Shown piece after piece: positions 1-9,782 of a stretch of 64,000 nt of DNA. The stretch's first letter is position 1, and each line of letters starts with the position of its first letter. The stretch comes from Flavobacteriales bacterium (lineage in GTDB: Bacteria; Bacteroidota; Bacteroidia; CAIKAF01). The stretch lies in contig JAKRSD010000020.1 of the NCBI GenBank assembly GCA_022402535.1, positions 221,341 to 285,340 on the forward strand, given 5' to 3'. Position numbers and translations under genes: made by a program. The notes under the pieces are model-generated. The model made no database searches. It worked only from the letters and a program-made list of their open reading frames with translations, and had not been told where the DNA came from.

Positions 1-2
1 AA

Positions 3-140
3 ATCCGTCAGATTAATGAAAAATACTCCTCCGGAGTGCGCACATTCAGCGGTGCTGCCATCAACGCAACATTTATTCTTTTAATCCTGGCTATAGTTTC
101 TGTATTTGGTATGGAAGCATACAGGAAGATTAAAAAATAA
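3..140 (+). CDS. ExbB/TolQ/MotA-family proton-channel protein, C-terminal fragment (5' end lies outside the window)
   Basis: Frame 3 reads ...SGVRTFSGAAINATFILLILAIVSVFGMEAYRKIKK and stops at TAA 138-140, 6 bp before the first exbD. The hydrophobic terminal helix and the position directly upstream of two exbD genes fit an exbB-exbD-exbD operon. It is absent from the ORF track because it is truncated. Confidence 0.4.
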   Translation: MRQINEKYSSGVRTFSGAAINATFILLILAIVSVFGMEAYRKIKK

Positions 141-146
141 TTTCTC

Positions 147-764
147 ATGGCTAGACAGAAGAAGAAAAGAGAAGTTCAGGAAATTAATGCGAGTTCCATG
201 GCGGATATCGCGTTCCTGTTGTTGGTCTTCTTTCTGGTAACTACAACGTTTGATTCCGATTATGGAATTCAGAGAAGATTACCTGAGAAGCCGCCCAGTG
301 ATCAGCCGCCTCCACCTCCCATCAACCGTAGAAACATATTCCTGATTCTTGTAAACAGCAAGGACGAAATGTATGTAAACGGTGAAGTTGGCGACATAAA
401 CCTTTTGAAAGAAGAAGTTAAGAATTTTATTCTTAATCCTACAAACGACGAAACGCTTTCTGCCAAAAAAGAAGTGGTGTCTGAAAAGTGGGGAAAAACA
501 ATTCTGGTGTCAAAAGGAGTTGTGTCTTTGCAAACCGACAGAAATACGTCTTACAACCGTTACATTGAAGTACAGAATGTACTCGCTGCTGCTTTTAATG
601 ACCTTAAAAATGATTTAGCACTTTCCGAGTTTAAAACATCTTACGATGAGTTAAAAGAAATGGCGACCAAAGGAAATGTAAAGGCAAAAGAAAATGTGGA
701 AAAAGTAGATGAAGCTATTCCGCTTAGTATTTCTGAAGCTACTCCAAGAAAATCAGGCAGTTAA
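147..764 (+). CDS. exbD: biopolymer transport protein ExbD/TolR
   Basis: A basic N-terminus is followed by a single TM helix (MADIAFLLLVFFLVTTTF) and then a periplasmic domain, the typical ExbD/TolR architecture. It is followed 15 bp later by a paralog. Confidence 0.8.
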   Translation: MARQKKKREVQEINASSMADIAFLLLVFFLVTTTFDSDYGIQRRLPEKPPSDQPPPPPINRRNIFLILVNSKDEMYVNGEVGDINLLKEEVKNFILNPTNDETLSAKKEVVSEKWGKTILVSKGVVSLQTDRNTSYNRYIEVQNVLAAAFNDLKNDLALSEFKTSYDELKEMATKGNVKAKENVEKVDEAIPLSISEATPRKSGS

Positions 765-779
765 TTAAATTATTGAATC

Positions 780-1244
780 ATGTTCAGAAAAAAAGGTTCA
801 AAATCACTTCCTGCGGTATCCACGGCATCTTTGCCGGATATTGTATTCATGTTATTATTCTTCTTCATGGTATCTACCAAAATGAAAGAAATAACATTGA
901 AAGTTGAAGTTAAAAAACCCAACGCTTCAGCTGCTGCAAAGCTGGAAGATGAATCTCTTGTTAAAACCGTTTATATCGGTAAGCCCACGGCTGAGCTTCG
1001 TGCACAGTTTGGAACAGAGCCACGTATTCAGTTGAATGATGTGTTGGCAAACGATGTATCCGATTTGGATGCTGCCGTACAAGACTGGAGAAATGAGATT
1101 AACGAAGCAGAGCGATTAAAAATGACCATCAACCTTAAAATTGATAAGGAAACCAAAATGGGTATCGTTACCGATGTCAAGGATAGACTTCGTGAAGTGA
1201 ATGCGCTCAAAATCAGCTATTCATCCATGAAGGCAAAAGAATAA
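780..1244 (+). CDS. exbD: biopolymer transport protein ExbD/TolR (second copy)
   Basis: Has the same architecture (LPDIVFMLLFFFMVSTKM as the TM helix) and forms a tandem ExbD pair, which is common in Bacteroidota TonB systems. Confidence 0.8.
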   Translation: MFRKKGSKSLPAVSTASLPDIVFMLLFFFMVSTKMKEITLKVEVKKPNASAAAKLEDESLVKTVYIGKPTAELRAQFGTEPRIQLNDVLANDVSDLDAAVQDWRNEINEAERLKMTINLKIDKETKMGIVTDVKDRLREVNALKISYSSMKAKE

Positions 1245-1267
1245 TTCTTTTTTACTTAAATATTGAA

Positions 1268-1300
1268 CGGGTATTGCGAAAGCGATACCCGTTTTTTTTA
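1268..1300. terminator. Rho-independent terminator, bidirectional, shared by exbD (+) and lptF/G (-)
   Basis: GGGTATTGC-GAAA-GCGATACCC is a 9-bp stem with one G-U pair and a GAAA tetraloop, followed by GTTTTTTTTA on the plus strand. The minus-strand gene stop at 1298 abuts it. Confidence 0.6.
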
Positions 1301-2380
1301 TCGCTGGGCTTTTGATAAAAGATAAAAGGCGATAAACAAAAAAATCAGATTGGGCAACCAAACAGCCAACAGAGGATTCATAATGCCGCTTACGGCATAC
1401 GTGGTGCTCACTTTGTCGAAAAAAATGTAGGTAAACCCTAATCCGATTCCTATTCCGATATGAAGTCCGATTCCGCCTCTTACTTTTCGTCCGGCCAACG
1501 GAACGGCAATCAACGTTAAAATCAGCGTAGAAAAAGGGGTTGCCAGCCGTTTGTATTTTTCCACCAGATAATAGGGTATCAGTGTACTGCCCATGCTGAT
1601 TTCTTCGGAAATAAATGTGTTTAGTTCAAACCAATCCATAGTACTTACGTCCAAATTACGGTCGCTGAATAATTGTGGGGTAAATGAAAAAATGGTATCC
1701 ATTTCTTCGCTTCTCTTAATTACTTCTCCTTCGGGAGAAATAAACCGTTCCAAGATCGTATTCAGTTTCCAACGGCCCGAAAGGGAATCATATTTTACGG
1801 ATTGTGCCATCAGTTTATATCGCAGTCCGGAATCATCAAACCGCTCTATAGAAAATTTATTTCCGGTAGAGGCTTTTGCCATCCAGAATTCCATATACAA
1901 AAACTCATTTTCAGCGAGTCTTCTATGAATATTACGAGGTGTCCAGCTTCGTTGGCCGAAATACTCCTTCTCAAAAGCCACTTTTTTGAGATTGGATTGC
2001 GGTATCACGAAATTGATGAAGAAGATAAGAAAAACAGAAACAAGCAGTGCCGTGAATGCAAATGGAGCTACAAAACGCTTATAGCTTACACCTGATGCCA
2101 AAATTGCAATAATCTCAGACCGGAAAGCCATCCGTGACGTGAAATAAATTACAGAAATAAACACAAACAACGGCGCAAACAAACCGGCGAAATAGGGAAT
2201 AAAGTTCAGGTAGTAATCAAAAACGATTTCCCCAGTGGTGGGTATTTTCCCATGTTTACCCATGAAATCGTCAATTTTTTCTGAGAGATCAAATACAATG
2301 GATAAGGCAATGATAAGACCCAAAGCCACAAAAAATGTGGTTAAATATTTAACGATAATATATCTATCAATCCGCTTCAT
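1298..2380 (-). CDS. LptF/LptG-family LPS export permease (YjgP/YjgQ)
   Basis: The N-terminus MKRIDRYIIVKYLTTFFVALGLIIALSIVFDL is the YjgP/YjgQ signature. The protein has 6 predicted TM segments and a central periplasmic domain. Confidence 0.8.
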   Translation of the reverse strand: MKRIDRYIIVKYLTTFFVALGLIIALSIVFDLSEKIDDFMGKHGKIPTTGEIVFDYYLNFIPYFAGLFAPLFVFISVIYFTSRMAFRSEIIAILASGVSYKRFVAPFAFTALLVSVFLIFFINFVIPQSNLKKVAFEKEYFGQRSWTPRNIHRRLAENEFLYMEFWMAKASTGNKFSIERFDDSGLRYKLMAQSVKYDSLSGRWKLNTILERFISPEGEVIKRSEEMDTIFSFTPQLFSDRNLDVSTMDWFELNTFISEEISMGSTLIPYYLVEKYKRLATPFSTLILTLIAVPLAGRKVRGGIGLHIGIGIGLGFTYIFFDKVSTTYAVSGIMNPLLAVWLPNLIFLFIAFYLLSKAQR

Positions 2381-2452
2381 GGGCGCACAAAGAAACGCAT
2401 TTTAAGGCAATGCATTGTTCACCGGGTTCGTAGATTTATCCGTAAACTTGCG

Positions 2453-3652
2453 TTGCCAATGCATACTACTGTGATTCGTTTCCTGACAGACGATATTTTA
2501 TCAAAACATGCTGTTTTTCTTGCAGAAACCCATACCCCCGATGGATATGAAGATTCCTATTCAACGTTTAACCAAATATTGGCATTCTCTAATTCAAAAT
2601 CAGCCGTTACAATTCCTGAAGATTGGAAACCGGGCCCAAAACCTTTGGCGGGTTTTTTTGGCTATGATTTAAAAAACAAGTTTGAGAAACTTCAGTCCAA
2701 AGGAGAGAACCTGACAGGTTTTCCTGAGATGGCTTTTTTTGAGCCTCAGGGCTGGTTTGAAAATGAGGCCTTTTTGATAGAGGACCGTTTTGCCAGACCT
2801 ATCCCTTCATCTATCCGACTTATTCCCCGTTTTAACAAAGAGGAATATATCCGCGTCTTTGGTGAACTTCAGAAACATCTTCGGTTCGGCGATATTTATG
2901 AAGTTACGTTTGCCATGGAGTTTTATTCGGCTCCGGTTTTTTTAGATCCGTTTTCGTTGTATGTAAAATTAACCGAAGCTTCGCCCATGCCCTTCAGCTG
3001 TTTTTTTAAATGGGGTAATTCGTATCTGATGTGCGCATCTCCCGAGCGGTTTTTGGCAGGAAGGGAGGATACAATTATCAGTCAGCCGATGAAAGGAACC
3101 GCTGCCCGTTATGGGGCTGAGCATGATGAAAAAACGAAACGTAATTTGGTTGAAAGCGAAAAGGAACGGAGTGAAAATATTATGATTGTAGATTTGGTCA
3201 GAAATGATTTGGCCAAATGCGCCGTACCCGGGTCGGTTAAGGTAGATGAACTTTGTGGTGTGTATCCGTTTCCGGGCGTATTTCAGCTGATTTCTAGCAT
3301 TTCGTGCCAAAAAAGAAAAGACCGTACCCATGCCGATTTAATTAAAGCCGCTTTCCCGCCGGGAAGTATGACGGGCGCACCCAAAATAAGGGCGATGGAA
3401 ATTATCGAACAATACGAAAATGCTTCCAGAGGTATATTCAGCGGTGCGGTGGGCTATCTGCTTCCCAACGGGGATTTTGATTTAAACGTGGTCATCAGAA
3501 GTCTTTTTTATAATGCCGATACCGGAGTTCTTTCTTTCAAAGTGGGAGGAGCCATTACGTTACTTTCTGATGCGGAAGAAGAATATGAGGAATGCTTGCT
3601 GAAAGCGTCGGCCATTGCCCGTATTTTAGGTGTAGATTTGCATCGATTATGA
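2453..3652 (+). CDS. pabB: chorismate-binding enzyme, aminodeoxychorismate synthase component I (PabB/TrpE family)
   Basis: The C-terminal motifs GAPKIRAMEIIEQYE and GIFSGAVGYL are hallmarks of the TrpE/PabB chorismate-utilising family. No trpG/trpD is adjacent, so PabB is favoured over TrpE. Confidence 0.65.
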   Translation: MPMHTTVIRFLTDDILSKHAVFLAETHTPDGYEDSYSTFNQILAFSNSKSAVTIPEDWKPGPKPLAGFFGYDLKNKFEKLQSKGENLTGFPEMAFFEPQGWFENEAFLIEDRFARPIPSSIRLIPRFNKEEYIRVFGELQKHLRFGDIYEVTFAMEFYSAPVFLDPFSLYVKLTEASPMPFSCFFKWGNSYLMCASPERFLAGREDTIISQPMKGTAARYGAEHDEKTKRNLVESEKERSENIMIVDLVRNDLAKCAVPGSVKVDELCGVYPFPGVFQLISSISCQKRKDRTHADLIKAAFPPGSMTGAPKIRAMEIIEQYENASRGIFSGAVGYLLPNGDFDLNVVIRSLFYNADTGVLSFKVGGAITLLSDAEEEYEECLLKASAIARILGVDLHRL

Positions 3653-4950
3653 ATTCTTTCCTTCAACAATGTAAAGATTCTATAACCCGTTCGGGCATAA
3701 CTGCTTCTTCAAAACCCTTGTTGGCGTTGAGTGGAGGCGTTGACAGTTCGGTGCTTTTTCATGTTTTATGTTCTCTTCAGATTCCTTTTGCGGCAGCGCA
3801 TGTAAATTATCGGCTTCGTGGAACGGATTCTGAAAACGACGAAGCCTTTTGCCGTACTTTATGCCAAAACCAACATATTCCTTTTCATGTATTGCACGCC
3901 CCTGCTGAATTGAAAAATCAGTCTTCTATTCAGGAAAAAGCGCGTGAAATCCGTTATACCTTTTTTGAATCTCTCATTCGCGAACATCATTATACCCATA
4001 TTCTCACAGCCCACCATGCGGATGACTCGGTGGAGACCTTTTTTATAAATCTTGTGAGGGGGGCAGGAATTCAGGGGTTAAAAGGCATTCCCGAATCTTC
4101 CGGAAACAGAGTAAGGCCGTTGATTCAATGTACGAAAGCAGAAGTGTTACGTTATGCGGCGGAACATAATATTTCATACAGGGAGGATGTTTCCAATCAA
4201 AAAGACCAATATCTGCGAAACCGGATTCGGCACCATGTAATTCCTGCACTGGAGAAGATAGAAACGGGGGCAATCCACAGCATTTCGGAATCGTTGGATA
4301 AAGTAGCCTCTGAGTCGGATCTGCTTCAGTTTTTTGTGAATCAATACAAAGATGACTCCCTCGATTCGGTATCCAAAGAGCAGATTTTTACCTTACCCGA
4401 AAAGTTGAGATCTGTTTTTCTTTTCCGTTTTTTTCAGCCCTATGGAATTCGGTTTTCACAGGCAGAAACCCTGGCAGGTCTTCTACACACCACGAGCGGC
4501 AAAAAAGTGATTACTGCCGGATACCAGATATGGGCAGAACGGGAGCGTTTTATTGCCATACCCCATTCCGCGGAAAAGGAAATAGCTATTGTGATGGATG
4601 AAGATGAAATCCAAATTCCAGGCTATAAAACAGAAATTCAATCGGTTGCGGGTTTTACCATTAACCCCAACCCGCGTATGGCCTTTTTAGATGTGGAGCG
4701 ATTAGAGTTTCCGCTGATTTGGAGAAAATGGGAGCCCGGCGATCAAATGATTCCGTTGGGAATGAAAGGCAAAAAGAACGTCAGTGATATATTGATTGAC
4801 AGGAAGTTGGAAATGAAGGATAAAGATAAAGTCCATGTACTATGCAGCGGAGGTCATATTGTGTGGCTCGAAGGACTCCGAATTGCAGATTCGTCGAAGA
4901 TATCGGAACATACAACCCGTATTTTGGCCATAGTGCCCGAAAACATGTAA
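3649..4950 (+). CDS. tilS: tRNA(Ile)-lysidine synthetase TilS
   Basis: Carries the PP-loop ATPase motif LLALSGGVDSSVLFHVL and a C-terminal TilS substrate-binding region. I chose the start at ATG 3649 (MNSFLQQ...), which forms an ATGA overlap with the pabB stop, rather than the ORF-track ATG at 3592 inside pabB. Confidence 0.85.
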   Translation: MNSFLQQCKDSITRSGITASSKPLLALSGGVDSSVLFHVLCSLQIPFAAAHVNYRLRGTDSENDEAFCRTLCQNQHIPFHVLHAPAELKNQSSIQEKAREIRYTFFESLIREHHYTHILTAHHADDSVETFFINLVRGAGIQGLKGIPESSGNRVRPLIQCTKAEVLRYAAEHNISYREDVSNQKDQYLRNRIRHHVIPALEKIETGAIHSISESLDKVASESDLLQFFVNQYKDDSLDSVSKEQIFTLPEKLRSVFLFRFFQPYGIRFSQAETLAGLLHTTSGKKVITAGYQIWAERERFIAIPHSAEKEIAIVMDEDEIQIPGYKTEIQSVAGFTINPNPRMAFLDVERLEFPLIWRKWEPGDQMIPLGMKGKKNVSDILIDRKLEMKDKDKVHVLCSGGHIVWLEGLRIADSSKISEHTTRILAIVPENM

Positions 4951-5010
4951 CCACCCCATGAATTTCACGTTGAAAGGCTTACTTTTACAATAACAAACAA
5001 AAAACAGACA

Positions 5011-5613
5011 ATGAATATTCGTAAGCAAATCATGGCCGCTTTGGCCATTCTGGTATTGGCAACCGGTTTTTCGGGATGTGGATATAATGGCATGGTAAAC
5101 CGTGAGGAAGCCATTGACGGAAAATGGGCTCAGGTGGAAAATCAATATCAACGCCGGGCCGACTTGATTCCGAACTTGGTTGAAACCGTGAAAGGTGCCG
5201 CCGATTTTGAGAAAGGAACGCTGGAAAGTGTGATAGAAGCCCGTTCCAATGCTACTTCAGTAAAGTTGGATGCCAACGATTTAACGGAAGAAAATCTGGC
5301 GAAATTTCAAGCAGCTCAGGATCAACTTTCCGGAGCGTTGAGCCGGTTGATGGTTGTCGTAGAGCGATATCCCGAACTAAAAGCCACACAGGCTTTTCAG
5401 GATTTGATGGTGCAGCTGGAAGGAACCGAAAACCGTATATCGGTGGAACGTAAAAACTTCAATGATGCCGTGTTGGACTATAATGCCTTTATCCGCAGAT
5501 TTCCCAATAATATTACGGCTTCACTATTTGGCTTTGAGAAAAAAGCCTACTTCAAATCACAGGAAGGCGCTGATACGGCCCCAAAAGTAGATTTTGGCGC
5601 AAAAAAGGAATAA
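5011..5613 (+). CDS. lemA: LemA family protein
   Basis: Has an N-terminal TM/lipobox (LATGFSGCGY) and the conserved LemA block KWAQVENQYQRRADLIPNLVETVKGAADFEK. Confidence 0.8.
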   Translation: MNIRKQIMAALAILVLATGFSGCGYNGMVNREEAIDGKWAQVENQYQRRADLIPNLVETVKGAADFEKGTLESVIEARSNATSVKLDANDLTEENLAKFQAAQDQLSGALSRLMVVVERYPELKATQAFQDLMVQLEGTENRISVERKNFNDAVLDYNAFIRRFPNNITASLFGFEKKAYFKSQEGADTAPKVDFGAKKE

Positions 5614-5703
5614 GTACTATTCTTTTATGAACTTTCGGTTTGCTTTTTCATGCATTAGAACCGATTTAACTAAAAATTGAGCATAATTAACAACGATTTA
5701 CGG

Positions 5704-5730
5704 CGGGGCATTGCCCCGCTTTTGTTTACT
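5704..5730 (+). terminator. Rho-independent terminator after lemA
   Basis: GCGGGG-CATTG-CCCCGC hairpin followed by TTTTGTTT. Confidence 0.5.
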
Positions 5731-5754
5731 TTGGTCTCTTGTAATTTTTTTCAG

Positions 5755-7794
5755 ATGCGTAAACTCTTTATACTTCTGTTTTTTGTATCCGGATATCTGG
5801 GTGTTAAAGCCCAAATGCAAACCCCTGTAACCTGGACACACGAGTTCAAAAGTACGGGGGCCGGTGAAGGCGAAATTCAAATAAAAGCCAGCATTCAGAA
5901 CGGATGGCATTTATACTCACAGAAAACAGACCCTGTGTTTTTACCTCTGGTGTTTTCTTACCCCAAAAGCGCATGCTACGAGCGGGTGGGTAAAACCGTA
6001 GAACCCAAACCGCATAAAGATTATTACGATGATTTGATGCAGGGGCAGGCCCGCTATTTTGAAAAGGAAGTCGTTTTCAAACAGAAGATTAAACTACTCA
6101 CCGATGGAGACTTTGAGGTAGTAGTAAATATTGAAGGCCAGGCTTGCGATGATGAAACGGGCATGTGTGTGCAGACACCCGCCACATTGAAAATTCAGGT
6201 AAAAGGCACATCCGGAAAACCGGCCGATTGCAAAAGTGCCGGGAATAATAATGAAACAGTTCCTGCCGATAGTGCTAAAGGATTTGAGGGCACGGAGACC
6301 CCGGTGGATGTTAATCCCGATTCAGCACCAACAACAGTAAACGAACCAGAAAAACTGACTCCGGAAGCGTTGGCTAAATTAGACCCGTCGTGTGGTGAAG
6401 GAACTTCAAAAAAAGAAGACCGTTCGTTCTGGGGAATTTTTATTGCCGGATTTTTAGGCGGCTTTTTAGCTTTACTTACCCCCTGTGTATTCCCCATGGT
6501 GCCGCTTACGGTGAGTTACTTCACCAAAAAAAGCGGAGGCCGTGCCAAAGGGCTTATGAACGCGCTGATATATGCGCTTTCCATTATGGTTATTTATACC
6601 ACACTCGGATTTGTAGTCACTAAAATATTTGGTCCGGAAGCGCTCAATCAGATGGCAACGAATGTGTATTTCAATCTGGCTTTCTTTGTCATTTTCGTGG
6701 TGTTTGCCGTTTCTTTCTTTGGAGCGTTTGAAATTACCTTACCCAGCTGGCTGGTCAACAAAGCCGACCAGGCATCAAACAAAGGCGGGTTGATTGGTAT
6801 CTTTTTCATGGCCTTCACCCTTTCACTGGTTTCTTTTTCGTGTACAGGTCCAATCATCGGCACTTTGTTGGTGGAAGCCGCCGCCGGAGGGAGTAATGCC
6901 GGTCCTTTGGTGGGTATGTTCGGATTCTCTTTGGCTTTGGCTCTTCCTTTTGCTCTATTTGCGGCATTCCCCGGCTTTTTGCAGAGTCTTCCCAAATCGG
7001 GCGGATGGCTGAACAGCGTTAAAATCATATTGGGATTTTTGGAGTTGGCACTGGCCATGAAATTCCTTTCCAATGTTGATTTGGCATACCATTGGGGTTT
7101 TCTCAAAAGAGAACTTTTCCTCGCGATTTGGATCGTTATTTTCAGCTTGATGGGCATGTATCTGCTCGGGAAAATAAAATTCAAAAGTGATACCGACACG
7201 GATAAAACCAGCATCTCGGGCTTAATCATGGCCATACTTACTTTTAGTTTTGTGGTGTATCTCATTCCCGGTTTGTGGGGTGCTCCCTTGCGTTTAATCA
7301 GTGGTTTTCCTCCCCCTGATTTTTACAAAGAATGGACTTCGGGCGAAGAAAGTTCATGTCCGCTGGGCTTAGATTGCGGACACGATTACAATGAAGGCAT
7401 TGCAAGAGGTAAACGAGAAAATAAACCCATCATGTTGGATTTTACGGGTTGGAATTGCCCGAATTGCCGAAGAATGGAAGAAAACGTGTGGCCTAAAAAA
7501 GAAGTATACGACCGCATAAAGAACGACTATGTGTTGGTTTCGCTTTATTGTGATGATAAACAGTCGTTACCCAAACCCGAAGTAATCGGAAACCGAACGG
7601 CAGAAACCATAGGCCAGAAATGGAGCTATTTTCAGCAGGATTACTACAACAATAATGCACAGCCGTTTTATGTGCTCATAGACCATGAAGGCCGCTTACT
7701 TGCCGAACCACAAGGATATACTCCGTCTTCAGCCGATTTTGCCAAATACCTGGAATCAGGGCTTTGCCGCTTTAAAAACGGAAGGGAAGAGTAA
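5755..7794 (+). CDS. dsbD: thiol:disulfide interchange protein DsbD (protein-disulfide reductase)
   Basis: Signal peptide MRKLFILLFFVSGYLGVKAQ, then a DsbD-alpha domain, an 8-TM core with the cysteine pair (CVFPMVP / CTGPIIG) and a C-terminal thioredoxin domain with WNCPNCR. The start was moved to the ATG at 5755, the first Met before the signal peptide. Confidence 0.8.
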   Translation: MRKLFILLFFVSGYLGVKAQMQTPVTWTHEFKSTGAGEGEIQIKASIQNGWHLYSQKTDPVFLPLVFSYPKSACYERVGKTVEPKPHKDYYDDLMQGQARYFEKEVVFKQKIKLLTDGDFEVVVNIEGQACDDETGMCVQTPATLKIQVKGTSGKPADCKSAGNNNETVPADSAKGFEGTETPVDVNPDSAPTTVNEPEKLTPEALAKLDPSCGEGTSKKEDRSFWGIFIAGFLGGFLALLTPCVFPMVPLTVSYFTKKSGGRAKGLMNALIYALSIMVIYTTLGFVVTKIFGPEALNQMATNVYFNLAFFVIFVVFAVSFFGAFEITLPSWLVNKADQASNKGGLIGIFFMAFTLSLVSFSCTGPIIGTLLVEAAAGGSNAGPLVGMFGFSLALALPFALFAAFPGFLQSLPKSGGWLNSVKIILGFLELALAMKFLSNVDLAYHWGFLKRELFLAIWIVIFSLMGMYLLGKIKFKSDTDTDKTSISGLIMAILTFSFVVYLIPGLWGAPLRLISGFPPPDFYKEWTSGEESSCPLGLDCGHDYNEGIARGKRENKPIMLDFTGWNCPNCRRMEENVWPKKEVYDRIKNDYVLVSLYCDDKQSLPKPEVIGNRTAETIGQKWSYFQQDYYNNNAQPFYVLIDHEGRLLAEPQGYTPSSADFAKYLESGLCRFKNGREE

Positions 7795-7824
7795 ATTAAA
7801 TTTGATAATTTATTCCGCATACGG

Positions 7825-7870
7825 TTACTACTACGTGCCCCTCGATAGCCATCGGGGGCTTCGCTTTGCG
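7825..7870 (+). repeat. REP-like GC-rich palindromic repeat, copy 1, in the convergent dsbD/MBOAT intergenic region
   Basis: AAAGCG-A-AGCCCCCGATGGCTATCGAGGGGCAC (read on the minus strand) matches 18425-18470 at about 40 of 45 positions. It folds as a 9-bp GC stem with one bulge (GCCCCTCGAT..ATCGGGGGC). Confidence 0.5.
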
Positions 7871-8036
7871 CTTTGCTTCGTGCGTTGCATGCCCACGAAA
7901 GTGTTCGGGGTTGCGCTCCGGATAATTGAGGCGTACGAATAATTTAGTGAATTTTACTTTGCATTTTGTTTGAACTAGTAGCCAAGACTTGAAAAAGTCT
8001 AAATACTCACTACTAAATACCCAATACTGTTCCCCA

Positions 8037-9782
8037 TTAAAACTGGAAATAAATAAACGCCTGCAGTTCGCCGGTTACGGCCTGATAAACCACAAATACA
8101 ATCAATGCCGTGATAATGGACATAAGCGGTAAAGGGAGGTTGGCAAATCCGTTACGATATTTTTCTTTGAATGATTCCGGAAGCCAGTGTACAATAAATC
8201 CGATCAGGGTAATGATAAAAACGTATTTATAGGCCCACAACACATCAAAGGCCAATCCTAGGCTAAAGTTGTATCGCATCTGGTTGATGACCTCTTTGGC
8301 GGTAAGTAGATCGGGACTACGGAAAAAGATTCTTGTAAAACTGATGAATAAAAAGGTGATTCCGATTCCCCAGATACGGGTTGCCGTGTTATTAATTCCG
8401 GTTAACGGGCTGATTTTTTTCCAACGTTTAAAAAGCACAAGCCCCAAACCATTCAGTCCGCCCCAGATGATAAACATCCAACTGGCCCCATGCCAAAGTC
8501 CGCCAATCAGCATGGTCAGCATCAGATTTATTTCGGTGGTAATTGCATTGCGAAGCGCGTCGAAACGGCCATAGCCTATCATGTATATGAGCAAGGCAAT
8601 GGGTGCAAATAATGCCAATACACCCATGCTGGAAAAAATGAAAAGATCACCGGCTTTCAGAGTGGCCGTTTTGGCAAAATCGTTTTCGAAATAATTGAAG
8701 GTTAATAGTCCGACAAGCAGACCGATTAAAACCAACCAGAAGAAGGTTCCCCGGCTTGCTTTTCGGTTTCCGCCCAACGGAATGTATAAATAATCGCGGA
8801 GCCAGGTGGAAAGTGAAATATGCCATCTTCTCCAAAAATCCGCGACATCTTCGGCTTTATAAGGTGAATTAAAGTTTTTGGTAAGCTGAAAACCCATAAG
8901 CATGGCCACTCCGATGGCAATATCCGTATAGCCCGAAAAATCGCAGTACACCTGAAGCGAATATCCCATAACGGCTAAAAAGTTTTCCAACCCCGTGTAC
9001 ATGGTGGGATTGGCATATACCCGGTCTATAAAATTCACGGCAATGTAATCGCCTATAAAAAGCTTTTTTACCAATCCGTTTAAAATCCAAAAAACACCCA
9101 TGCCGAACTGCTGACGGGTAAGACTATATGGCTTATAAATCTGCGGTATAAATTCGGATGCCCTTACGATTGGTCCTGCCACCAACTGGGGGAAAAACGA
9201 AACATAAAACCCAAAATCCAGCAGGTTTTTAGCGGGTGTCAGTTTCCGGTTGTAAATATCTACCGTGTAGCTGATGGTTTGAAACGTGTAAAACGAAATC
9301 CCTACGGGTAAAATAATTTTATCCACCCGGAACCAATCCTTACCCGATACATCATTCGCAAATTTTGCCAGATGGTTCAGCACTTCATAGTCCGTATTAA
9401 AAATGCTGTTGTAGCTTTCCGTGAAAAAGTATGCGTATTTGAAATAACATAAGATGGCCAGATTTACCGTAACAGAAATGGAAGTAAGTATAAGTCGTAA
9501 ATTTTCATTTTTGCTTCTGTGTAAAGTTCTCCCGATAAAGAAGTCCATATTGATGGTAAACAGCAAAAGCAGGAAAAACAAACCGCTAGTTTTGTAGTAA
9601 AAGAAAATACTTACGGCAAATAAAAACAGGCTGCGAAGCGGCTTTTTGGAATACAGGACCGAGTCTATCAGTAATACAAACGCAAAAAAAGCCCAGAAAA
9701 AAAACTTGGTAAAAATAAGGGGCGATTCAGGATTAAAAAAGATTAACCCTTTGATAAATGCTAAAACTGACTCAGTTGTCAT
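8037..9782 (-). CDS. MBOAT-family membrane-bound O-acyltransferase (AlgI/DltB/PatA-like)
   Basis: Multi-TM protein with the MBOAT blocks FYTFQTISYTVDIYNRK and WRRWHISLSTWLRDYLYIPLGGNRK, which include the conserved His. Confidence 0.85.
   Translation of the reverse strand: MTTESVLAFIKGLIFFNPESPLIFTKFFFWAFFAFVLLIDSVLYSKKPLRSLFLFAVSIFFYYKTSGLFFLLLLFTINMDFFIGRTLHRSKNENLRLILTSISVTVNLAILCYFKYAYFFTESYNSIFNTDYEVLNHLAKFANDVSGKDWFRVDKIILPVGISFYTFQTISYTVDIYNRKLTPAKNLLDFGFYVSFFPQLVAGPIVRASEFIPQIYKPYSLTRQQFGMGVFWILNGLVKKLFIGDYIAVNFIDRVYANPTMYTGLENFLAVMGYSLQVYCDFSGYTDIAIGVAMLMGFQLTKNFNSPYKAEDVADFWRRWHISLSTWLRDYLYIPLGGNRKASRGTFFWLVLIGLLVGLLTFNYFENDFAKTATLKAGDLFIFSSMGVLALFAPIALLIYMIGYGRFDALRNAITTEINLMLTMLIGGLWHGASWMFIIWGGLNGLGLVLFKRWKKISPLTGINNTATRIWGIGITFLFISFTRIFFRSPDLLTAKEVINQMRYNFSLGLAFDVLWAYKYVFIITLIGFIVHWLPESFKEKYRNGFANLPLPLMSIITALIVFVVYQAVTGELQAFIYFQF

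Noticed and set aside
3592-3648. The upstream ORF-track start for tilS (MLAESVGH...) lies inside pabB
   Set aside because: It would overlap pabB by 60 bp. The ATG at 3649 gives a clean ATGA junction and a normal TilS N-terminus.
7795-8036. Checked the 240-bp dsbD/MBOAT gap (GGGGCTTCGCTTTGCGCTTTGCTTCGTGCGTTGCATGCCCACGAAAGTGTTCGGGGTTGCGCTCCGG) and the 18358-18536 gap for a tRNA or tRNA-derived element
   Set aside because: No acceptor or T-arm (GTTCRANYC) geometry and no CCA context. The GC hairpins are better explained as REP-like terminator repeats.
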